DNA of 56,243 nt from Candidatus Omnitrophota bacterium (GTDB lineage Bacteria; Omnitrophota; Gorgyraeia; Zapsychrales; JANLHA01). Where the stretch lies: assembly GCA_038222225.1 (NCBI GenBank), contig JBBRHV010000008.1:1-56243 (forward strand). The letters run 5' to 3'. Positions 8,800-16,409 of the stretch are shown piece by piece (within the stretch, counting starts at the first letter, position 1; each line of letters starts with the position of its first letter). The notes under the pieces are model-generated. The model searched no databases, was not told the origin of the DNA, and worked only from the letters and a program-made list of their open reading frames with translations. A program made the position numbers and the translations under genes.

Positions 8800-9894
8800 C
8801 TAAATTGCGTAACAGACATTTCCTTCCAAACAAAAATCATTTCCGATCGGCGTCAGACGGATATCCTTTAACCCGATGGTTTGATCCACACGGGCCACCT
8901 TCAGGCCGCCCACCGAACTCAACGCATCCTCATCCCCGAAGATCTTCGGCGCGATGTAGATCACCATTCTGTCCACGATCTTTGCCGCCAACGCCTGGCC
9001 GATGACCGTGCTGCCACCTTCGATCAGGACATTGGAAATCTCCTGCCCGGCCAAATACTTCATCAGCCACAGCAGATCGACCTGACCCGCGCGGGTTGGG
9101 CAAACCACAACGCTCACTCCCTTTTTTTCCAACAGAAATTTTTTGCGCGCAGAGGCCTTCGGCGTTGTGGCGATCAAGCAGGAAAACTGATCCAGCAACC
9201 GCGCCTTCAACGGGATTTTTAAAGAGCTGTCCAGAACGATTTTGGTCCAAGGCTTACTTTTCAATGCCGGGCTCAGCTGCGGATCGTCTTTCAGAACCGT
9301 GTTGATCCCCACCAAAATCGCATCAAAGGCATTGCGCTGCTGACGGGCGTACAGACGTGTTTTGGCAGAGGTAATCCATTTCGACTGGCCGGAAGAGGCG
9401 GCCACCTTTCCATCCAAACTTTGAGCGATCTTGACTGTCACAAAAGGCACCTGTTGCGTAATGTACTTGTGAAACGCTGCGTTAAGCGCCTGAGCTTCCT
9501 GCCGCAAAAGGCCGCTGACCACCTCCACGCCGGCCCTTTTGAGTTTTTTGATGGACCGTCCGTTTACTCCCGGGTTCGGATCCCGGGACCCGATGACCAC
9601 CCGCTTGATCCCGGAAGCGATCACTTGATCCACACAGGGAGGGGTTCGCCCCTGGTGAGCGCACGGTTCCAGGGTCACGTACATGGTAGCGCCGCTGGTC
9701 TTCCCTTTGGCCTGGCGCAAAGCCAAAATTTCCGCGTGCGGGCCCCCGCAGCGCTTGTGCCATCCCTCACCCACCAACTTTCCCTGCCGGATGATCACGC
9801 AGCCGACCATCGGGTTGGGAAGCGTTCTCCCCAGTCCCCGCCGGGCAAGCTCCAAGGCATACCCCATGTACTGAATGTCTGTGTTCATAAACAC
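8800..9894 (-). CDS. ribD: Bifunctional diaminohydroxyphosphoribosylaminopyrimidine deaminase / 5-amino-6-(5-phosphoribosylamino)uracil reductase
   Basis: It has the CMP/dCMP deaminase zinc motif HAEILAL...TLEPCAHQGRTPPC, followed by a RibD C-terminal reductase domain. Confidence 0.92.
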   Translation of the reverse strand: MFMNTDIQYMGYALELARRGLGRTLPNPMVGCVIIRQGKLVGEGWHKRCGGPHAEILALRQAKGKTSGATMYVTLEPCAHQGRTPPCVDQVIASGIKRVVIGSRDPNPGVNGRSIKKLKRAGVEVVSGLLRQEAQALNAAFHKYITQQVPFVTVKIAQSLDGKVAASSGQSKWITSAKTRLYARQQRNAFDAILVGINTVLKDDPQLSPALKSKPWTKIVLDSSLKIPLKARLLDQFSCLIATTPKASARKKFLLEKKGVSVVVCPTRAGQVDLLWLMKYLAGQEISNVLIEGGSTVIGQALAAKIVDRMVIYIAPKIFGDEDALSSVGGLKVARVDQTIGLKDIRLTPIGNDFCLEGNVCYAI

Positions 9895-9897
9895 CTC

Positions 9898-10719
9898 TTA
9901 ACCGGCACGCTGCCGCAGCTCTTCAACCACCGCGTAATCCACGCTGACATGTCCGATCAAACTGTAATCGCGCCCCTTGCCGTGAGAATCGGAACCGCCG
10001 GTCGCGATCAGCTGATATTTCTTGGCCAACTTTTCATAAAAGCGCGTTTCCGAGATCGAATTCCCCAAATAATAAACCTCCAGCCCCACCAGGCCGGCAT
10101 CAACAAAACTGGAAATCAATTCATCTTTGAGCGTCTTCATCGGATGCGCCATCACCGCCGACCCTCCGGCGCGGCGGATCAGCGCGATCGCTTCATACGG
10201 ACTCTGCTTAAATTTCGGAATATTGTAAGGGCAGCCTTCTCCCAGAAACCGCGCGAACACATCGGTCACGTCGGCCGCGTATCCCTTTTCGATCAGCACC
10301 TGCGCGATGTGCGGACGGCCGATGGCATCGGTTTTCGAAAGATTCTGAACATCTTCAAAGCTGATGTTGGAATACCCTTTTTCCTGAAGTTTCTCCACAA
10401 TGTCCCGCGCCCGCTGAAGGCGAGCAGAACGGAACTGTTCTAACGCATCGTTGAACTCCTGATGGTTGGGATCCATCAGGTAGCCCAGAATATGAATATC
10501 GGAACCGCCCCATTCCGTCGAAAGCTCGACCCCGGAGATCACCTCCAACGGAAGATCAGCCGCCTCCTCCATCGCCGGTTTGACCCCTTCCACACTGTCA
10601 TGATCGGTGATCGCGATACAGTCCACGCCCTTTGCCGCCGCTATGCGCACAACCTCTTCAGGAGTATCTAAACCGTCCGAACAACATGTATGAATATGTA
10701 GATCTGCGCGTTTTGTCAC
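9898..10719 (-). CDS. PHP-domain phosphoesterase (TrpH/YciV-like)
   Basis: 273 aa with ADLHIHTCCSDG, AITDHD, the HILGY region and GGSDSHG. Its start overlaps the nusB stop, and its stop lies 4 nt from the ribD start. Confidence 0.8.
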   Translation of the reverse strand: MTKRADLHIHTCCSDGLDTPEEVVRIAAAKGVDCIAITDHDSVEGVKPAMEEAADLPLEVISGVELSTEWGGSDIHILGYLMDPNHQEFNDALEQFRSARLQRARDIVEKLQEKGYSNISFEDVQNLSKTDAIGRPHIAQVLIEKGYAADVTDVFARFLGEGCPYNIPKFKQSPYEAIALIRRAGGSAVMAHPMKTLKDELISSFVDAGLVGLEVYYLGNSISETRFYEKLAKKYQLIATGGSDSHGKGRDYSLIGHVSVDYAVVEELRQRAG

Positions 10720-11144
10720 GATGCTGGATTCGATGAGATGATTTCTGTTTTATGGATTTTATCCAGAATACCGTTTACAAATTTGCTGGATTCCAGGTCT
10801 CCGAACCGTTTGGCCAGTTCAACCGCTTCGTTGATGCTGACCTTAGGCGGAATGTCTTTGGCGAAGAGCAGCTCGAACAGCCCCAACCGCAGAACATTGC
10901 GGTCAATAATCGCCATCCGTTTCAGCTGCCAGTTCGTAGCATACGCTGTAATTTTTTGATCAATCTGTTCCAAATTTTGGTGAACCCCGAAGACCAGCCG
11001 TTCCGAAAAACTTTTCACCTCCGGGTCAACCTCGCCTTCGCGCTGCCAAACATCCGCCATCACCGGATGCGCCTCCATGCGGGTCACATCCATTTGGTAA
11101 AGAATCGCTAAAGCAACTTCTCTGGCTTGAGTACGTTTTCGCAT
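10716..11144 (-). CDS. nusB: Transcription antitermination factor NusB
   Basis: 142 aa with RTQAREVALAILYQMD and DRNVLRLGLFELLF...PPKVSINEAVELAKRFG. Confidence 0.9.
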   Translation of the reverse strand: MRKRTQAREVALAILYQMDVTRMEAHPVMADVWQREGEVDPEVKSFSERLVFGVHQNLEQIDQKITAYATNWQLKRMAIIDRNVLRLGLFELLFAKDIPPKVSINEAVELAKRFGDLESSKFVNGILDKIHKTEIISSNPAS

Positions 11145-11164
11145 GAAGAGCTCTCCATTCTGCG

Positions 11165-11626
11165 CTAAACAGAATCTAATGTTTGAACCATCTCGATAGC
11201 AACCTGGGCAGCCTCCCGGCCTTTGTTGTCCCCTTGCTCTTCAGACCTTTTATATGCCTGATCGACCGTTTCGGTTGTAACCACCCCGAAGGCAATCGGC
11301 TTGCCTGTGTCTAAAGACACCCGCATCAGGCCTTGAGCAACCCCTTGCGCCACCAACTCAAAATGATAGGTTTCTCCCCGGATCACACAACCTAAAGCGA
11401 CCACCGCGCAAACGTTGCGTTTTTTTGCTAATCGTTGCGCCAGCACCGGGATCTCTAAAGCGCCCGGAACCCCGAAGACCTGAACGCGCTTTTTAGCAAT
11501 GCCCTGTTTTTGAAATTCATCCAGGCATCCGTCCAGCAAACGCTGAGAAATAAATTCATTGAAACGGGAAACGACCACCGCATACGAGCCGCCCGTTTTT
11601 TTATTCGTTGATTTGGAAACCGTCAT
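11165..11626 (-). CDS. ribH: 6,7-dimethyl-8-ribityllumazine synthase
   Basis: 153 aa with VVVSRFNEFI, VPGALEIP and GCVIRGETYHFELVA. Confidence 0.92.
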   Translation of the reverse strand: MTVSKSTNKKTGGSYAVVVSRFNEFISQRLLDGCLDEFQKQGIAKKRVQVFGVPGALEIPVLAQRLAKKRNVCAVVALGCVIRGETYHFELVAQGVAQGLMRVSLDTGKPIAFGVVTTETVDQAYKRSEEQGDNKGREAAQVAIEMVQTLDSV

Positions 11627-11640
11627 CGCAGCTCCTTCCC

Positions 11641-12849
11641 TTATGGCAAAAAATGGCCCAACTTATCACGCTTCGTGTTCAGATAGCGCTCATTATGTTC
11701 GGTCGCCACAGTCTCGAGCGAAACTCTTTCCACCACCGTCAACCCATACCCTTCCAGCCCGACAATCTTGCGCGGATTATTGGTTAGCAGACGGAGCTTA
11801 TGGATTCCCAAATCCGCTAAGATCTGGGCGCCGATCCCGTAATCCCTCAAATCATCCGGAAATCCCAAAGCCGCATTGGCTTCAACCGTGTCCATCCCTT
11901 GATCCTGAAGACTGTAGGCTTTGAGTTTATTTAAAAGCCCAATTCCTCGGCCTTCCTGGCGCATATAAAGAATGATCCCGGACCCTTCCGCGGCGATCGC
12001 CTTCATCGAAGCGGCCAGCTGCGCGCGGCAATCACACCGCAAAGAACCGAACACATCCCCGGTCAAACATTCCGACTGAACCCGGACCAGGTGCGGCTTT
12101 TCATCTGTCATGTCTCCCATGACCAAGGCCAAATGCGTTTGATCTTCGACACCCGAACGGTAGCCGATCATCAAAAAATCGCCATATTCCGTCGGAATCA
12201 TCGCTTCAGAGACCCGCTCGATCATCTGCTCATAGGTCCGGCGGTGCTCGATCAAACTGGCGATCGAGCAAATCTTCAGTTTGTGCTTTTTGGCAAATTT
12301 CAAAACATCATCCGTGCGCGCCATGGTTCCGTCCTCGTTCATGATCTCGCAGATTACGCCGGCCGGATACAATCCTGCCAAACGGGTCAGATCCACTGCC
12401 GCCTCGGTATGGCCGGCGCGAACCAAAACTCCTCCGCGACGGGATTCCAAAGGAAACAAATGTCCCGGAGTTTCCAGATCACTGGGCTTTGTGTTGGGGT
12501 CAATCAAAACCTCGACCGTACGCGCGCGGTCAAATGCCGAAATCCCGGTGGTAATCCCGTTAATCGCGTCCACCGAAATCGCCCAGCCGGTACTGCTGCG
12601 CTGATGCTGATGATGCGACAAAATATTATCCTTCATCGGATGAAGCCCCAACTGTCTTAAACGGTCAGCTTCCATCGGAACGCAGATCAATCCGCGGGCA
12701 TGTTTCGCCATAAAATTGATCAAGTCCGGAGTCACATGCTCAGCCGCAACCAAAATATCACCCTCATTCTCACGGCCCTCATCATCCATCACAACGATCA
12801 TCTGGCCCTCTTTTAATTCCTTCAAAATCTCTTCAATCGAACTGAACAT
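11641..12849 (-). CDS. ribBA: Bifunctional 3,4-dihydroxy-2-butanone-4-phosphate synthase / GTP cyclohydrolase II
   Basis: 402 aa. The N-terminal half has DDEGRENEGD and the GHTEA region. The C-terminal half has ECLTGDVFGSLRCDC and YMRQEGRGIGL. Confidence 0.92.
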   Translation of the reverse strand: MFSSIEEILKELKEGQMIVVMDDEGRENEGDILVAAEHVTPDLINFMAKHARGLICVPMEADRLRQLGLHPMKDNILSHHQHQRSSTGWAISVDAINGITTGISAFDRARTVEVLIDPNTKPSDLETPGHLFPLESRRGGVLVRAGHTEAAVDLTRLAGLYPAGVICEIMNEDGTMARTDDVLKFAKKHKLKICSIASLIEHRRTYEQMIERVSEAMIPTEYGDFLMIGYRSGVEDQTHLALVMGDMTDEKPHLVRVQSECLTGDVFGSLRCDCRAQLAASMKAIAAEGSGIILYMRQEGRGIGLLNKLKAYSLQDQGMDTVEANAALGFPDDLRDYGIGAQILADLGIHKLRLLTNNPRKIVGLEGYGLTVVERVSLETVATEHNERYLNTKRDKLGHFLP

Positions 12850-12995
12850 GTTTCTACTCTCTTGGTAAACGGTTGATTAAAAATGTTTAATAACGCTCCT
12901 CAGACCAAACCCGCTGAACCTTTCAAAACCCTTCGCTGATCCGCCAACGGATCAAATCGCCGGGGTTATTTGCCCTGATAAATTGGAAGGCAAAC

Positions 12996-13022
12996 AAAAA
13001 AATCCCGAGATCACTCCCGGGA
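12996..13022 (-). terminator. Intrinsic terminator (expression platform of the FMN riboswitch)
   Basis: The minus strand reads TCCCGGGA-GTGA-TCTCGGGA followed by TTTTTTT. This gives an 8-bp stem with one G-U pair. Confidence 0.65.
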
Positions 13023-13089
13023 TAAAATAAACGCGAAAAAATATTTCGAACCTGCGCTCAAAATACTTGCAACCATCTTCATTTTCGCT

Positions 13090-13270
13090 ACTTTCTCCCC
13101 TCTAGGCTGTACTATTGGCTCAAGACTTATCTCTGCAATCAGACATTTCACTTGATCCACCCCATTAAAATGGGGGTCGTAGGCTTCCGTAAACCAACCT
13201 CGGTTTACGATCACTACCAGCTGGGAATTTCACCCAGGCTCCGCAACTTCTGCGAAACCATCCCGAAAGT
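13090..13270 (-). promoter_or_regulatory. FMN riboswitch (RFN element) upstream of ribBA
   Basis: The minus-strand RNA contains the conserved blocks GGGUGAAAUUCCCAGCUGGUAGU, AGCCUACGACCC, GGUGGAUCAAGUGAAA, GCCAAUAGU and CUAGAGGGGAGAAAGU. A P1 helix closes it (ACUUUC...GAAAGU). Confidence 0.85.
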
Positions 13271-13376
13271 ATTGAAATTAATATAGTTTATCCCCTCCCA
13301 AAAGTCAAGGCCATTCTACGGCAATGTTTTATTATTATTTCTTTTATTTTAAACCTTCCATATATATACTTATACT

Positions 13377-13844
13377 ATGAAAATCGAAGAAAAAATCATA
13401 AGACTCATGTGTCAGAAACACAAAACGCTTGCCACCGCAGAATCCTGTACCGGGGGACTTTTGGCCAGCCGCTTGACCGATGTCAGCGGATCTTCCGCTG
13501 CCTTTAAGCTGGGCCTGGTCACCTACAGCAATGAAGCAAAAACTCAGCTGGCAAACGTCCCCAAAAATCTAATTGAAAAAAAAGGCGCTGTCTCTGAAGA
13601 GGTCGCGATCGCGCTGGCTCAGGGAACCCGAAGCCGCTATTTCACCGATTTAGCGGTCAGCATCACCGGTATTGCCGGACCAACCGGCGGAACGCGCGCC
13701 AAGCCGGTCGGTCTGGTCTATATCGCCGTTGCCACCGAATTGGAAACCCTGTGCCTGAAATGCCAATTTCCCGGAACGCGTTTGCAGATCCGGCGCGCTG
13801 CGACAACCCAGGCCTTAAAACTTTTGCTTGAGTTCGTTGAATAA
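13377..13844 (+). CDS. pncC: CinA C-terminal domain protein / nicotinamide-nucleotide amidohydrolase
   Basis: 155 aa with LATAESCTGGLLASRLTDVSGSS and ITGIAGPTGGTRAKPVGLVYIA. Confidence 0.85.
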   Translation: MKIEEKIIRLMCQKHKTLATAESCTGGLLASRLTDVSGSSAAFKLGLVTYSNEAKTQLANVPKNLIEKKGAVSEEVAIALAQGTRSRYFTDLAVSITGIAGPTGGTRAKPVGLVYIAVATELETLCLKCQFPGTRLQIRRAATTQALKLLLEFVE

Positions 13845-13957
13845 AACACGGGACACATGACATCCTACACAAACCGAAGGTTTGTATAGGCCTTGAGCAA
13901 ATCACAGATTTGCCAAAATTTGTCCCATGCAAAAAATTTTTTTGCGTGAGAGACCAA

Positions 13958-14051
13958 TCCTGGGAATTCTGACGAATTCCGCAGGGCCCCTAGAAATTGC
14001 AGCGCAATTTCAGGGACTGAGTCCTGGGAATTCTGACGAATTCCGCAGGGC
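13958..14051 (+). repeat. Two identical 30-bp direct repeats (13958-13987 and 14022-14051), each containing a hairpin
   Basis: TCCTGGGAATTCTGACGAATTCCGCAGGGC occurs twice with a 64-bp period. Inside each copy, GGAATTC-TGAC-GAATTCC is an inverted repeat. Confidence 0.9.
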
Positions 14052-14071
14052 AAAACACAGAAACAGACAAA

Positions 14072-14626
14072 ATGAATATTCGGTGTTTTTTGGCGTTAAC
14101 CATCCCCCGGCAAGCCCAAGCTGAACTTGCGGGCATGCAGAAGTTTCTGCAAAACCACGAAGCCAAAGCCCGCTGGGTCAAACCGGACAACATTCACTTA
14201 ACCTTACGTTTTTTAGGGGACCGGCCTGCGAAAAAGGTCGAGCAGATCGCAGCCGCGTTGCCCTCGTTCTGCCCGGGCTTTCAGCCGTTCAAAACAACCA
14301 TCGAGGCTCTGAATGGATTTCCCAATTCAAAAAATCCAAAGGTCATCTGGGCCGGGCTTTCAACCGGCAGTGAAGAAACTTTAAAAATTTATCAGGCGGT
14401 CAATGACGGACTGGCGCACCTGGGAATTCCGAAAGAGCGTGAAGAATTCATCCCGCATCTGACCCTGGCGCGCTGCAAAACCCCCCAAGAATCACGCTTA
14501 ACCGCCTCTGCCATAAAAAAAACCGGCATCACGCCGGTCCACACCGAGATCATTTCCCTCGTTTTCTACAAAAGCACCCTCTCCTCCACGGGCTCGATCT
14601 ATGAGGTCATTCAGTCCCTGCCCTGA
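14072..14626 (+). CDS. thpR: RNA 2',3'-cyclic phosphodiesterase (2H phosphoesterase, LigT/ThpR)
   Basis: 184 aa with two H-x-T-x motifs (HLTLRFLG, HLTLARC). Confidence 0.85.
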   Translation: MNIRCFLALTIPRQAQAELAGMQKFLQNHEAKARWVKPDNIHLTLRFLGDRPAKKVEQIAAALPSFCPGFQPFKTTIEALNGFPNSKNPKVIWAGLSTGSEETLKIYQAVNDGLAHLGIPKEREEFIPHLTLARCKTPQESRLTASAIKKTGITPVHTEIISLVFYKSTLSSTGSIYEVIQSLP

Positions 14627-15381
14627 GACTTGGCCCGGAATTCTAAAAAGAACCGCGCATACAACACATAGGCCACAACGGCGATTGAAACCCATTGAAA
14701 AGATGTCAGCCCGAAATAAAGCGGATGAACAGCCCGCCAGAATTCCTCAAAGAATCGAAATGAAAAATAAAGCAGAATAAAAACCGCGAACAGGATCCCC
14801 GGTCTTTTGGCGCGCTTCTGAAACGCGCTTAAAACAAAAAACAGGATCAAACAAAATGCCGCTTCATAGAGCTGCACCGGATGCCGGAGAATCCCATCGC
14901 CAAAATCCACTCCCCAGGAAAATGTTGTCGGCTTTCCAAAACAGCATCCCTGAAAAAAACATCCCAGCCGGCCGATGGCGATCCCCAAAGCGATCGGGGC
15001 GGCCAAAACATTCCCGGTCCGTGTTTTGACCCCGATTTTTTTCTTCATCCATTCGACCGCCAGCGTGCCGCCGATCAGCCCACCGACAATAGTTCTCCCG
15101 GACAAAAGCAGCCTGATGTCAGGAAAGGCGCCGACGATCTCGCGCCAATGAACAACCCAAACCGGCAGTTTCGCTCCGATCACTCCGCCGACCAACGCGG
15201 CGATCACCACAAAGAACATGCGGTCATCCGCCGGCTTCATCTTCTTTACATTTCTCCAGATTAATATACAGGGGATCAGGATGGCCAGCAGCATAAAGAC
15301 CGGATAAGCCGGAAGCTGCATTCCCCAACCATCAAAAAGAACCGGGCAAACGCCCCAAGGCTCTGAAGGAACAGCGGTCAT
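14611..15381 (-). CDS. lgt: Prolipoprotein diacylglyceryl transferase
   Basis: A polytopic protein with GRLGCFFQGCCFGKPT and HPVQLYEA. I placed the start at MTAVPSE (ATG at 15379-15381), 2 nt after the upstream stop. The 3' end overlaps thpR by 16 nt (convergent genes). Confidence 0.85.
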   Translation of the reverse strand: MTAVPSEPWGVCPVLFDGWGMQLPAYPVFMLLAILIPCILIWRNVKKMKPADDRMFFVVIAALVGGVIGAKLPVWVVHWREIVGAFPDIRLLLSGRTIVGGLIGGTLAVEWMKKKIGVKTRTGNVLAAPIALGIAIGRLGCFFQGCCFGKPTTFSWGVDFGDGILRHPVQLYEAAFCLILFFVLSAFQKRAKRPGILFAVFILLYFSFRFFEEFWRAVHPLYFGLTSFQWVSIAVVAYVLYARFFLEFRAKSQGRD

Positions 15382-15383
15382 TC

Positions 15384-15800
15384 TTAAACTCTTTTTCGTT
15401 GAAATAACAGTTTGTAGATCTGCAGTCCCGTGCAATATCCTAGCGCGCCCAACGTCTTGACGATCGCGATCACAAAAACGATCCGCCAGCCGATCCGCTC
15501 ATCAATGACATACACAAACAGCAGCAGGATCAAATGAATAAACGCCCCCAGTCCCTGGGCAAACGCGATTCCGTTCTCATCCAGCTCTTCCATTCTCGAA
15601 GATGGAAACCATTTGCCCAATGTCTTTCCATAAAAAACAATGAGCGGCGATTTTGGAACTTTCAGGATCGCCGATGACAACAAGATCAGAAGGTTAAGCG
15701 CCAGCAACCATTTGACCCTTAAAAAAAATGAGACCCATAATACGAGCGCGATGCTCCACCGGCAAAATTTAAACGCGTGTCTGGAAACGCTTACGGTCAT
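15384..15800 (-). CDS. Small polytopic membrane protein, DUF4395-like
   Basis: 138 aa with four hydrophobic segments. It has LDENGIAFAQGLGAF and a C-terminal GALGYCTGLQIY, which resemble the DUF4395 pattern. This assignment is from memory only. Confidence 0.4.
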   Translation of the reverse strand: MTVSVSRHAFKFCRWSIALVLWVSFFLRVKWLLALNLLILLSSAILKVPKSPLIVFYGKTLGKWFPSSRMEELDENGIAFAQGLGAFIHLILLLFVYVIDERIGWRIVFVIAIVKTLGALGYCTGLQIYKLLFQRKRV

Positions 15801-16408
15801 TGTCCGCTCCTTTTCTTGAAAACCCGGGGAACAAACATCCCCACCCGATGTTTATATTCTGTATAACTCGGAAAAAATTTTTCCAGCAGGGCCTCCTCCT
15901 GGCTGGCCCGATAATACATCAAAGGAATAAAAATAATTGTGTTGGCCAGGAATCCCCCCCAATTGGAATAGACCAATGCCGACCCGTAAAACATAAGGAT
16001 CAGCGACGCATACAACGGGTGTCTGACCCACCCATAAACATCATGGCTCACCAATTCGTGGTCTTCATAGATCTTGATCTGGTTCGACCAGTTCTTCCGC
16101 AGGACCAACCGGCCCCGGATATTGATGTAACAGCCGAACACCACCATGAAGACCCCGCTGATGATCATCATCAAACGGACCAGGCTATTCTGGACCGGAA
16201 GAACATGCAGGCGGAAACGGACCATCAGATAAAAACCGACAAAAAAAAGCGTCATGGTCCCGGTGGCCACAACGCTCTTCTTAGTGCTCCTGGTATCACT
16301 GCGCTTGTCGTATTCAAAAAAATTCATGAAGATCGCCACAAACAAAGCCATCACGCAAAGACCGATGATGCTGCGGGCAATAGCTTCCGCTAACGTGACT
16401 CCGCTCAT
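15797..16408 (-). CDS. ICMT/PEMT-family membrane methyltransferase
   Basis: 203 aa polytopic protein with HELVSHDVYGWVRHPLYASL (the RHPxY motif region). Its stop overlaps the next gene's start by 4 nt. Confidence 0.75.
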   Translation of the reverse strand: MSGVTLAEAIARSIIGLCVMALFVAIFMNFFEYDKRSDTRSTKKSVVATGTMTLFFVGFYLMVRFRLHVLPVQNSLVRLMMIISGVFMVVFGCYINIRGRLVLRKNWSNQIKIYEDHELVSHDVYGWVRHPLYASLILMFYGSALVYSNWGGFLANTIIFIPLMYYRASQEEALLEKFFPSYTEYKHRVGMFVPRVFKKRSGQ

Positions 16409-16409
16409 A

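Noticed and set aside
9421-10443. 340-aa plus-strand ORF. Similar long antisense ORFs occur at 8203-8871, 12091-12660, 15800-16393, 19532-20059, 25546-26184, 44688-45233, 49071-49547 and 53474-53971.
   Set aside because: Each lies fully antisense to a minus-strand gene with clear family motifs (ribD/PHP, ribE, ribBA and others). Their translations are low-complexity and rich in Arg, Pro and His, with no recognisable domains. They are shadow ORFs.
13011-13214. 67-aa minus-strand ORF from the track.
   Set aside because: It lies entirely within the FMN riboswitch aptamer and terminator upstream of ribBA, so it is a non-coding leader.
13958-14051. Possible mini-CRISPR array (30-bp partly palindromic repeats separated by a 34-bp spacer).
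   Set aside because: There are only two repeat copies and no cas genes anywhere in the 56 kb. The 'spacer' is itself a hairpin, like the surrounding intergenic sequence. A structured or regulatory repeat is the more economical reading.
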